A DNA stretch of 64,000 bases from Octopus sinensis (taxonomy: Eukaryota): positions 42,656,001-42,720,000 of the forward strand of contig NC_042999.1 in the NCBI RefSeq assembly GCF_006345805.1. The letters are read 5' to 3'. Both the position numbers and the translations under genes were made by a program. Positions 12,323-25,855 of the stretch are shown in pieces; the stretch's first letter is position 1; each line of letters starts with the position of its first letter. The notes beneath the pieces are model-generated. The model did not search any database, was not told where the DNA came from, and saw only the letters and a list, made by a program, of their open reading frames with translations.

Positions 12323-13572
12323 AGACAAATAAACTAAAAATAGTAAGCCTTTTTACTTATAGACACAAGGCCTGATATTGTAGAGGAGGGGTTTAATCGA
12401 TTATATTGACCCCAGCACATAACTGGTACTTATTTCAATTCCAAAAGGATGAAAGATAAAGTCGAGCTCGGTGGAATTTGAACTCAATATAAGGACAGAC
12501 AAAATGCCATGAAGCATTTTTCCTGGCGTACTAATGATTCTGCCAACTCAACACCTTAAATACTACTACTACTAACAACAACAACAACAGCAACAGCGGC
12601 AGCGACGACGACGACGATAATAATAATTCTAAAGTGAAGATCAAATAAAAACAGCATGTGTTTCATTGGTAAAAGATGACCATCCCCAAGCATAACAATA
12701 ATTGGAATGGAGATATTTAGAAGTAGACAAAGAACAAGATAGTTGGATAATATTTGGTGTCTCAGTTAGTCAGACTTGGGAATCCAGCTGCAAAGTGTCA
12801 AGATATTTGCTTATGTTAGGACCCTATGGAGGAGAACCAGAGGACACTAACTCCATGAACCTCCCAGAAATAGAGAGAAAAAACGATTGGTTGGTTGGTT
12901 GGTAATGACAGGATTGGCTAAGACACACTTTGTAAAAGTGTAACAGCACTTGTTCATTTTATGGTTAATTTTCTTGATTGAAACATAATATTGTTTTAAG
13001 ATATATTATATTGATTTAAATATTGGTTCCAAATTTTGGCATAGGGCCAGAAAGTTCAGTGGGAGGAGATATGTTGGTTACATCGACCCCCAGTGCTCAA
13101 TTGGTACTTATTTCATTGACCCCGAAAGTATGAAAGGCAAAGTAACCTTGGTGGAATTTGAACTCAAAATGTAAAGACAGATGAAATACCACTTAGTTTT
13201 TGTCCAGCATGCTAATACTCTGCCAGCTCACTGCCTTAATATTGCTTTAAATATTAATGTTTGTTTTCATGTAAAATCACAATTAAAACAATTTAACATT
13301 AAACAGAAGTATTACTTTATATGCTTTAGAGAAGTACATGTTTATTAGACTTTTACAAGAGGGGTCACAGTGATGTCAAAGTTTCAGCCTGCTAGCCTTT
13401 ATGGGATTATCCAATGAAGCTTAGATTACTGAAACTTCGAAGTTAATGTCACCTTTCTTCATGTAAAAGTTTAATAAATCTTGCTCTCAAGATTTTGGTC
13501 GGCCTGAAACTAGAGTAGGAGACACATGCTTTTATTTGAAATATCACAATATATTATTACACGAATGCAGAT

Positions 13573-14350
13573 GTAACTGTGGTGATATAGTGCTATATTT
13601 GTGTAACTGTGGTGATATAGTTATTTGTTTACTACCCACAAGGGGCTAAACATAGAGGGGACAAACAAGAACAGACAAACGGATTAAGTTGGTTATATCG
13701 ACCCCAGTGCGTAACTGGTACTTAATTTATCAACCCCAAAAGGATGAAAGGTAAAGTCGACCTCGGCGGAATTTGAACTCAAAACGTAATGCCAGACGAA
13801 ATACGGCTACGCATTTCGCCCGGTGTGCTAACGTTTCTGCCAGCTCACCGCCAGGTGATATAATGATATAGTAACTGTGTGACTGTGTGATATAGTGTAA
13901 CTCAGATGTAACTGTGGTGATATAGTGATATAGTAACTGTGTGGAGGCGCAATGGCCCAGTGGTTAGGGCAGCGGACTCGCGGTCATAGGATCGCGATTT
14001 CGATTCCCAGACCGGGCGTTGTGAGTGTTTATTGAGCGAAAACACCTAAAGCTCCACGGGGCTCCGGCAGGGATGGTGGTGATCCCTGCTGTACTCTTTC
14101 ACCACAACTTTCTCTCACTCTTACTTCCTGTTTCTGTTGTACCTGTATTTCAAAGGGCCGGCCTTGTCACTCTTTGTGTCATGCTGAATATCCCCGAGAA
14201 CTACGTTAAGGGTACACGTGTCTGTGGAGTGCTCAGCCACTTACACGTTAATTTCACGAGCAGGCTGTTCCGTTGATCGGATCAACCGGAACCCTCATCA
14301 TCGTAACCGACGGAGTGCTTCCAAATAGTAACTGTAGTGAAATATAGTGA
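13573..14350. repeat. ~20-bp minisatellite TGTAACTGTGGTGATATAGT interrupted by two SINEs
   Basis: Units lie on both sides of the family C (13623-13852) and family B (13941-14324) insertions. Confidence 0.75.
13941..14324 (+). mobile_element. tRNA-derived SINE family B, full copy with TSD
   Basis: Head GGCGCAATGGCCCAGTGGTTAGGG...TTCGATTCC, with an 11-bp TSD ATAGTAACTGT at 13930-13940 and 14325-14335. Confidence 0.88.
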
Positions 14351-14680
14351 TAGGACCTTATTACACTGTTACATCTTCATTCCTGGTGCATATATTTATG
14401 ATTGTACAAAATAAGTCTTACAGAAAATGAATTTCAACAAACTCCAAGTGTCCAGATAAAATGTTTAACCCAGGTAAGAGGTTACTAAAAGTGTTGGCAG
14501 CAAGAAGGGCATCTGGCTGTGAAACAATATCTCCAAAAGGAAAGCATGATGAGTATGATTACGGTCATTGGTTCAGGGATTACTACAAAGTCCACAAAGC
14601 TACTCCATGCCTTAGCAGAGAAAAGTCGTTTTAAAATGCTTTTCGTGGTGAAATGTAAGAAATTTTGGAAATGATAGTCA

Positions 14681-15594
<914 letters not shown>

Positions 15595-15912
15595 GTTCAG
15601 GTACGATACTGTGAGACTGAATCCATGACCACATAGTTGGGAAGCAAGTTTCTCAAGCACACAGTAAAGCCTGCATATATTTATACACATGTTTCTTATT
15701 TATAGATAAATTCATGAGAGAAAGAAAGATAGTAAAAGAGAAAGAGAGGGCAAGAAAGAGAGACTTATTATTCAACATTCAAAGCTCAAATATGATAGCC
15801 ACTGAAGGAAAGATTTCAAGAATATATAAATGTGTGTGGCTATATATATGTATATATATATATGAGTCTCTGTGTGTGTCTCTCTCTTTATATATATATA
15901 TGAGTGTGTGCG

Positions 15913-15975
<63 letters not shown>

Positions 15976-16765
15976 TATTTATACACACACACACTTACAT
16001 ACACTTCATGTACATATATATGTAAAAATGCATATATAAACACATACCTACATATATAATATATATTATCAAGTATTGCTTGACAGCGAAACTTAAGATC
16101 CCAGTCCACACAGATTTTGCACACGCACATACACACACACACACACACACCACACACACACACACACACATATATATACACACTCACACATGTTGATATA
16201 AATATGTGTGTGTGCATGTGTGCATATTTATATGATTTATATATATGAATATATTTTGTGTATATGTGTTTGTGTGTGTGTGTGTATATATGTATATATG
16301 TATGTATGTATGTATACATATATATGCATGTATAAGTATATTTGTATATACACAAGAGAAAGAAAGAAAGAAAGAGGATGATGAAGAGAGGGAGACTTTT
16401 TGTTATTCAACATTCAAAGATCAAATATGATTGCCATTGAAGGAAATATTTCAAGATGATATCTTTTAAACAGAAGGTGACTGACAGTCTGATGTAGGGG
16501 AAGGAAGAAAGGAAGAAAGGAAGAAACAGAAGCAGTATTGAAAGTAAGAAGCAAAAAAAAAAAAAAAAAAGAAAGAAAGAAGGAAGGAAGGAAGGAAGGG
16601 AAGAATGAAGAAAACCAAGAATCAGATGTCAAGAAGTCTTGATAGTTGTTAAGTAGAAGAAAGTCTAAGGAGTTTCCTGTATTGTATTCTTGCTGCACCT
16701 CTGACAGAGTGCGGACAGTTAATGTATTATAATAGAGACTGTGACAATGTGTGTGTGTGTGTGCG

Positions 16766-16810
<45 letters not shown>

Positions 16811-18247
16811 TGTGTGTTTGTGGGTGTGTGTTCGTGTGTGTTTATGTGTGATATTTATTGGTAGGTGTTTGTATGTGTGCTTATGTATAGTTGTGTGTCA
16901 GTATTTGTGGGTGAATGTATTTAGGTGTGTGAATGTGTACGTATGGATGTGTTGTGTTGTTGGTGAGTGGCTTCAATTTATTGCAGTGTGTGTGTGTGTG
17001 TGAGAAAAGAGTGAATGTGTCTATGTCGATTCATGCGCATGAATGCGTAGGCGCCTGTCAACACCTGTACTTCAGACGATGCATTTGTGTAAGTCAATCT
17101 GTGTGTGTTTTTGTACATGTGTGTGCATGTCATGCATCTGAATGTGCACATATGGGTGAATGTGTTTGTGAGTAGATGATGTAATACATTAAAGAATGTG
17201 AGTAAAAAAAAAAATAAAAAAAAAAACAAAAACAAAACAAACAAAGATAAAATAGCTGATGGAGGATTTCAGGATGTTGAACTTTACAAAACAACGTGAT
17301 GATAGGATGGAGAAGAATAAAATTTTGTCAGAGAATGGCGCGTGACAGAGTAGTGTGAAGGGTATCTGTATGTCATACGGCCAAACATGATAGATGATTG
17401 AGAAGAGCATTTGTCTGCTGTTGAGTAAGACATGATGAAGGACTGAAAAGAAAATCAGTTAATCTTTCTTTCTACAATTGGCAGAAGGTCAGCAATTTTG
17501 GAGAGCGGGATGGCTAGTGAAATACATTGACCCCCACCAGTGTTCTATGAGTACTTATTTTATCAATCTTGAAAGGATGAAAGACAAGGTCGACACCTGC
17601 AACATTTGAACTCAGAGAATAAAGGTGGAAGAAATGCTGCTGAACATTTTTGCCTACCAGTGCTGTCTTACTGGCACTTGTGCCAGTGCTAGTAGAGTGC
17701 CAAGAGCGCCATCCGAGCGTGATCATTGCCAGAGAGGCTAACTGGCCTCCGTGCCGGTGACACATAAAAGGCACCAATCTAGCATGATCGTTACCAGCGT
17801 TGCCTTACTGGCACCTGTGCCGGTGGCATGTGTAAAAAGATTCGAGCGAGGTCGTTGCCAGTACCGCCTGACTGGCCCCCATGCTGGTGGCACGTAAAAA
17901 GCACCCACTACACTCTCGGAGTGGTTGGCATTAGGAAGGGCATCCAGCTGTAGAAACTCTGCCAGATCAAGATTGGAGCCTGGTGCAGCCATCTGGTTCG
18001 CCAGCCCTCAGTCAAAATCGTCCAACCCGTGCTAGCATGGACAGCGGACATTAAACAATGATGATGGTGATGATGAATAATGATTCTGCCGGCTTGCCAG
18101 CTGATTTTAGTACAGAATATGATCAAAAACTAAGAAGAGTGTCAGTTACAGCATACAACATGATGACAGAATTTTGAAGACTTAATATATTTCTTGAAAG
18201 GATGCATACAAAATATTTTGTATACATCCTTTCTAGAAATACATTAA

Positions 18248-18467
18248 CCCTTTTGTTACCAACCCGGCTGAAACCGACTCTAGCTCTGGGTACAAATGTC
18301 TTGTTTTCATAAGATTTGAATTAAAATCTTCCTCCAAACCTTAGTTACTATTTTTGTTCCTAACTTCAGTTTCATGATAACTAAGTTATTTACTAAATTC
18401 TTTGTTATATTAAAAATCAATTGAAAGAAACACATAGCATCTCAAAATAAATATGGTAACGAAAGGG
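18248..18467. mobile_element. piggyBac-type MITE family 1, copy 2 (inverted)
   Basis: TTAA-CCCTTTTGTTACC...GGTAACGAAAGGG-TTAA. Reverse complement of copy 1. Confidence 0.9.
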
Positions 18468-18492
18468 TTAACCTTTGTTCTGTAAACTCATA

Positions 18493-18605
18493 AAAACCCT
18501 GATGAGGTTCTAACCTATATAGCTGAAAATGATACCATTTCTTAGAATATAGCCAAATACAGAGAATTATGTAGGGGCATGAACTGAAACATATATGTAG
18601 GTTTT
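18493..18605 (+). ncRNA. Type I hammerhead ribozyme with 70-nt stem II insert
   Basis: AAAACC-CTGATGA-GGTTC...(70 nt)...GAACT-GAA-ACATATATGT-A-GGTTTT. Stem III is palindromic, GUA triplet, predicted cleavage after 18599. Confidence 0.72.
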
Positions 18606-18925
18606 CACATCTGCCATTTCTTTTTGAGCTTTACAACTTTATAATTTATTTGTATTGCTATATAAAAGACTTCAACATCTTTATAACATACAAATAAATT
18701 CTTCATACATACATATCTCTCCATTTTCTTTCTTTCAATATTAATAATATGTATTCCTACAATAATCCCTAACATATCATCAAGGATTTCTCCTTACATG
18801 ATAGTGCTTAACCAATAGAATTTTAGATTATATAATATCTAATGTGCATCTAACATCCTCAAGTTGACAGAATATATATGTACATGCATACATAAATACA
18901 TACATACATATATATATTATATATA

Positions 18926-18998
<73 letters not shown>

Positions 18999-19206
18999 TA
19001 TATATATATACACATATATATGTATGTATGTTTTTATATATGTATATATATCCTTTTATCCTTTTATTTGTTTCAGTCATTTAACTGCGGCCATGCTGGA
19101 GCACCGCCTTTAGTCGAACAAATCGACCCCAGGACTTATTCTTTGTAAACCTAGTATTTATTCTATCGGTCTGTCTTGGGAGACAAGCACAGACACACAA
19201 ACATAT

Positions 19207-19261
<55 letters not shown>

Positions 19262-19697
19262 CACAACAGGCTTCTTTCAGTTTCTGTCTACCAAATCCAT
19301 TCACAGGGCTTTTGTCAGCCTGAGGCTATAGTAGAAGACACTTGTTCAAGGTGCCATGCAGTGGGACTGAATCCAGAACCATGTGGTTGGTAAGCAAGCT
19401 ACTTACCACAAAGCCACTTCTGCACCTATATATATATATATATATACATACATACTTATATACACTCATACATAGTTTTATGCAAACATAAATACATACA
19501 TAAATATACATACACACATATATATATACATACATAAGCATAGGAGTAGCTGTGTGGTAAGTAGCTTGTTTACGAACCACATGGTTCCAGGTTCAGTCCC
19601 ACTGCATAGCATCTTGGACAAGTGTCTTCTACTATAGCCTCAGGGTGACCAAGCCTTGTAAGTGGATTTGGTAGACAGAAACTGAAAGAAGCCTGTC

Positions 19698-19768
<71 letters not shown>

Positions 19769-20667
19769 ATACGTTTGTGTGTCTGTGTTTGTCCCTGCCA
19801 ACATCACTTGACAACCGATGCTGGTGTGTTTATGTCCCCGTAACTTAACGGTTCGGCAAAAGAGACTGATAGAAAAGGTACTAGGCTTGCAAAGAATATG
19901 TCCTGGAGTCGATTTGCTTGACTAAAGGCGGTGCTCCAGCATGGCCACAGTCAATTGACTGAAACAAGTAAAAGAGTACTAAGCAGTGACCTGTCTTCTA
20001 TCCAACCTGACCTATAGTCCCAAATTCTTCATTCCACCGTTTTACTATCCCTACCCCCTCTCTCTGCCCCTCACTTAGGCTCTATCACTACATACCCATT
20101 TACAATAGTTGATTTATGGAAAAGATTGTAATGTTAAATTTTTGAAATCCAAATATGTGAATGGAAATTAAGTTTAATTTGTAGCCAAAATAGTCCTGAA
20201 TCATTCGATACCCCATATGTCAAAACCAGTAACTCGGTTTTGGAATGCACAAAGAATATATATATATCACATCACAATAGAGACATAATACTGAAATAGT
20301 GTAAGAGATAAGAGATTTCTCTGGGCCCACATTGGGCAAGAAGTTGGAAATATTTTTGGCCCATGATACTGCATGGACCTTGGCCTTTATAATTGACGAC
20401 TGTTTAAGTAATTTATTTTGATTTTCACTGTCGTAGTGACAAGAACAACAGGATACGTGACAGTAGTTTCAAATAAAAATAAAATTGGAAGTTTTAATCA
20501 TCTGATGGACAGGCAAAAATAGCGATTCTCACTCTGAAACTGAGAATTTTGAAAATCTTTTTAAATTACGAAATGCATGAATAGATGAACGATACTCGAG
20601 TTATAAGCACACAGACAGAATGGGATTTATATATTGGATATGTGTGTGTGTATATATATATGCAAAG

Positions 20668-20715
<48 letters not shown>

Positions 20716-20840
20716 GATGCAAATATATATATATATATGCAAATATATGTATATATATATATGTGCTTATATATATACATATATATATGTGCTTATATAT
20801 ATATATATATATGCACATATTCTTTATTTATTCTCTATAT

Positions 20841-22130
20841 CTAGCTTCAGCTCATGAGCTGTGACCATGCTGGGGCACTGCCATTTGGTGTTGCTACATA
20901 ATTTTACTTCACAAATGCTTTTTAGGAATTGACATTTGGTGCATGAGGGAGCTTGATGCCGTTGCCCTCACCCTGCCGCAAAGTTGGTTCATCTAGGACA
21001 CTTGACAGTAAGAGTCCAGCTTTATTTTGAAGATACATATATCCACCCCATGCAGGTCTCTCAGGTCCTTCGGGAGGATACTGAAGAGCTGTAGACTTCT
21101 GAAGCCCAGGCTATTGCAGTATCTTGTCCTACATCTTGATGGCAAATTTGGAGTCCTTTCCACTATGCAGTGGCACCCAATTCTATTATTTGTGTAACTC
21201 TCAATGCCTAAGTTTGGGACAAGTCCTTCCAGGATCTTCCAGGAATATATTATGGTATATCTTTCTCGCCTATGCTCTAAGGAGTAGAGTCTTAATGTCT
21301 TGAGTCTTATATGCTGCATAGAGGCTATCTTCTTCATGTAGCTTCGTTGGATTGCCTCAAGTCCTGAGATTAATTTGACACTTGTTGGTGACCATAGCTA
21401 AGAGTAATAGTCCAAGTGGCTTAGGACAAGTGTCCCCCAGAGGACCATCATGGTTTCCTGCTCTCTTGTTCTAAAAGTTCTAAGAATCCACCCAGCCAGC
21501 AGCCTGCATTTCATTGCCAATTTAGCAACATGCCCATGGAAGGATGCCTTATTACTCATGGAATGCCCAGGTCTCACAATGACTGTGCCTCTGGGATTGC
21601 AATCCCTCCAGGTCCAGTGTATTTAATTGGTATGGCATTTAGTTTTGCATGCTGACAGCACAAGGCTGGAGACTTAAACTGGAGACTTAAACTGCATGCT
21701 ATTCTTTTCAGCCCACTTGTATATTTCATCCAGCTCACATTGCAGGTGCATAGTGTCATCAGGGTTCTGTATTACCTGTGAGACTTTTGTATCATCTGCA
21801 TAACTTGTGAACATGACTCTCTGTGTGGCTGAGGGCATGTCTAAGAGTGCCATTATGAACAGTAGTGGTCCCAAAATAGTGCTTTGTGGAACACTGCTCG
21901 CTATTTGTGTGTCATTGGATGTGGCCCTATTGGCTACTACCACCTGATGTCTATCCTTCAGAAAGTCATGAAGCTGTTCTCCCAATTTTCCGACTATGTC
22001 AAGGCCACGCAGTTTGTGACATATCATTCCAAATTAATGAAGCAAATGCCATTTAACTCCCCTTGATCTCTGATGTCATTTGACAAACACTATCCAAGAT
22101 GGCATGCATCCATCAAGCTTTATTTGCTAA
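20841..22130 (-). mobile_element. CR1/L2-group LINE, 5'-truncated (RT to 3' end)
   Basis: SSVPQSTILGPLLF, TSYADDTKV, RLKTLRLYSLEHRRER. The 3' tail reads GGCAGTGCCCCAGCATGGTCACAG...GCTGAAGC. Confidence 0.9.
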
Positions 22131-22661
22131 AAATAGCAACCCAAATGCTTTTAAATCAGATCCAAATACTAGATGCTGAAGAACCTAATGAAGGGTAGAT
22201 TTTCAGTCCCAGGATCATTCTGATTCCAAAAGGGTATAATATGCCTATGATAGATCGCTAGCCACTGCATATTCTTTATTTTCTCTCCTTGTTTCTTTCT
22301 GTGTTCCTTTCGATGGAAGAGCATAGGCTTGAAATGTTAAAGACTTTTTCAATTCCCGAGCGTTATACTAATACATCTGTTTGTTGTCTACATCACCTGT
22401 CTTCGTCTTTTGTTCTTTTGTGAATTCTCCTCATATGTCTATGTACAGCAAATGTGGACTGAAATACATGGGTCCCAGTCAGTCAGAATTTCATGTTTAC
22501 TAATATAGATAATATTTATGTATGAGAGGTACTAGTATCTAGAAGACCCAAAGAGTGGCAGGTAACGCTAATTAAGTGCTATAGGCAGACCGTAGTTAAA
22601 CTCTTGGTCCGATAGTGATACGAGTGAGGGGTCTAATGTGGGTCTTGTATTAGCATTCATT

Positions 22662-22846
22662 TATATATTAGACAAAATGAGATAACAAAGCCAAGTCTGT
22701 GAGGAGGTTTCACATCATCTCTAATGAAGGAATATCCATAATATCCCAGAAACAGCTGTAAGACTATATCTGTATCTTTTTCCTTATAAATGTCCTGAAA
22801 ACTCCTCATAGCATTGGCTTTGTTGTCTCATTTTGTCTAATATATA
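22662..22846 (+). mobile_element. 185-bp fold-back element with central hammerhead relic
   Basis: About 55-bp inverted arms (TATATATTAGACAAAATGAGA.AACAAAGCCAA...) flank TCT-CTAATGA-AGGAATAT(ccata)ATATCCCA-GAA-ACAGCTGT-A-AGA. Confidence 0.65.
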
Positions 22847-23950
22847 ATATGTATGTATACACACACACACACATACATATTAAACAAGCTTCAATGCAGT
22901 TTCTGTCCATCAATTTTACTTTTCAGGAATTAGGTAGCCCAAGATAAAACTGGAAGACTCTTACTTATGCTAGGTGCAGTGCTGTAGAACTGAACCTAAA
23001 ACTTCATGGTTACAACGCAAATTCATTTAGTTACACAGCCAGGTCATACCATAAATGTAAAACAAAATATTTGACTAGACTACCAATATCAGTCTATCTC
23101 AGGTCGACATTTTCAGATGATCTGATATCAATTCTTGACAGTTAAATGAATTGAAGTGAGTAGAATTTACGACACTCTATATTTGAACTAAACACTCATT
23201 TGTTGTTGTGGTTATTGCTTTTGGCTTTGTTCTTTCAGTTAAAAGCACCACAAAGAATCCCTTGACACACTGCTGCTAAATTGACCTTTGTCTCAGACCC
23301 TCAACCATAAATGTTTTATTCTTTGCTTTGGTCTATTCTTACATCATAATTTGGTGTCATTTTAGGAATGGAAAATAAAACCAGCTGGAAAAAAAAAATG
23401 GATAAAAATTTGGAATCAAAACTTGAGATGTTAGTTCTACTACGTTATTATCCACTCAAGCACCCATGCTAATGCCATGTAAAAAGGACCCATGTTGGTG
23501 CTGTGTAAAAAGCACCTGCGCTGGTGCCACATAAAGATCACACATGCTGGCATCAAATAAAAAGCACCCGTGCTAGTGCCACATAAGGGGTGCCCATGCT
23601 GGTGCCATGTAAAAAGCACACATGGTAGTTTCACATACAAAGCACCCAGTACACTCTGTGTAGTGGTTGGCATTAGGAAGGGTATCCAGCTGTAAAAACC
23701 ATGCCAAAACAGACAATTAGATCCTGATGCAGCTCCTCAGCTGGCACCACCTGTCAAACAATCCAACTCATCCCAACATGGAAAATGGATGATAAATGAT
23801 GATGATGATGATGATGACGACAACGATGATGATGATGATGATGATGATATGTACAGGATGTGGTGAATAAACTGTCATCTAAATTAAGGCAAAAATGAAA
23901 ATAACACTGACATCTCATTTTAACAAATATATTTACCAAAATTACTTTAA

Positions 23951-24164
23951 CCCTTTCGTTACTGTATTTATTTTGAAATGCTCTGTGTTTCTTTCAATTA
24001 CTTTAAATATTACAAAGAATTTAGTAAAATAACTTAGTTATCATTAAGCTGGTGTTAGGAACATAAATTGTGACTAAGGTTTGGTGGAAGATTTTGATTC
24101 AAAACTTATGGAAACAAGACATTTGTACTCAGAGCCGGTTTTAGCCAGGTTGGTAACAAAAGGG
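23951..24164. mobile_element. piggyBac-type MITE family 1, copy 3
   Basis: TTAA-CCCTTTCGTTAC...GGTAACAAAAGGG-TTAA. Confidence 0.9.
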
Positions 24165-24199
24165 TTAAAATATCTTGAAATACTAAAGAGTAAATTTAT

Positions 24200-24720
24200 T
24201 CAATAAAATCGCCATTGGCTTCAACCACAGCCTCCAGATAACTTTGGAATCTCCTGAAACTCTTCTGAATGGTCTCCTTGCTTAAGCTGGTGAATGCTGC
24301 TATAATCCTTGCCTTCGGTTCATCTTTGGTGTTACAAGGAGTTTTGTTGGTCTCTCGCTCAACTGCACCCCACACATAATAAGCAAGGGGTTTGCAGTCT
24401 GGGGAGTTAGGTGGTCAGATGTTAGGGGTGGTGTTGTCACAGAAATTGTCTGACACCCATGATTAGTTTCTCCTGCTTGTGTGGCATGGTGCAGAGTCCT
24501 GTTGCCAGATATAGGATCTTCTAGCAGTCACCCTCTTGACCCAGGGCAATACTACCTCCTCCAGACACCTGATGTAGGCCTCCATGTTGAGTCTGAGGCC
24601 ATGTGAGAAGATGAATGGAGGCATAATGTTGCCATCACTAGTGGCCACTTCAAACACCATGATGTTGACTGGATATTTGATTTTTATCATTCTTGGTACA
24701 TGTCCTCTTTACTTGTTTCC
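24200..24720 (-). mobile_element. maT-type (DD37D) transposase fragment
   Basis: WQQDSAPCHTS...PPNSPDCKPLAYYVWGAVE, with 37 residues between QQD and the third catalytic position (here mutated to A). Internal stops. Confidence 0.85.
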
Positions 24721-25415
24721 CCAGTTTTTGCAGAAAATTGAAAATTAATGTCATTCATTTACAATCACGAGATGCCACAGTTAAAGTTTTGGTTAGCCCT
24801 TTTTGTTCATGAACAACCATGGGATTGCTCAACTAGAAAGTTACCCTCAAAGGCACAAGTCCAGGCAAGGTTGTTTACAGAAGACCAGCAGTCACCCATG
24901 CATACCAATTTCCCTTCTCCACACCACCAATGTTATCCAAGGGAAAGGCAAAGACTGATATAGTTTGGCACCAGTGACATCACAACTCATTTTGACAGCT
25001 GAGTGAACTGGAGCAACATGAAATAAAGTGCCTTGCTCAAGAACACAAAGCACAGCCCGGTCTGAGAACTGAACTTGTTACTTCGAGATTGTAAGCCCAA
25101 TGCTATATATAATCATTACAGATATAGGGTAAAGAATTATTAATTTGATAAATTAATAAATTTTACCAAGTAGTTTCAGTATGGAAAAGAACCATAATCG
25201 GTAAAAACTTATACAAAAAGTTTTTTATATAATTATAACAATAATTAAGGGTTTAGCAACAAGCTGCTTCACCACATACCGAAAATTTAGAAATAGTAGC
25301 CAAAAAACCACTTTTTTCTTTTATTTCTGTGGAGACATATTTTGTAAGAAAAAGAAATAGCAGTCTTTTGGCTGCTATTTCTAAATTTTCGGTATGTGGT
25401 GAAGCAACCCTTAAT

Positions 25416-25457
<42 letters not shown>

Positions 25458-25855
25458 GTAAATTGCACACAGTGTGTGCATGCCTCTGTGTCAGTGTGTG
25501 TGTGTATATGCACACATGCACACAAACAACTATATATGTGGAGGTGATTACACAAGTTTAATCCTTTAGCATTTAAACCTGTCATATCCAGCCCAATATA
25601 TTCTACCTGTTTTATTTTCAAACTGACCAGCCTCTCACTCCCATCTTATACAATGTCATTCTGAAAATAAACAATCGCATCATCAAAATCTTTGATAAGA
25701 AGCCATGAGATAATGCATGATTAATCCAAAATAATGTGAATCAATAAACATTACATTTGACAGAGTAATCGGAATGCTAACAGTATGCAGAGGGGAGACA
25801 TTCCGAATGTGTTACATTTCTGTATTATGAGTAGCTGTTGTCATAGTAATATATA

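Noticed and set aside
13941-14020. tRNA genes at SINE heads (also 6402, 10276, 27150-27240, 28562)
   Set aside because: A/B boxes are present but there is no complete cloverleaf, and each runs into a repeated SINE body.
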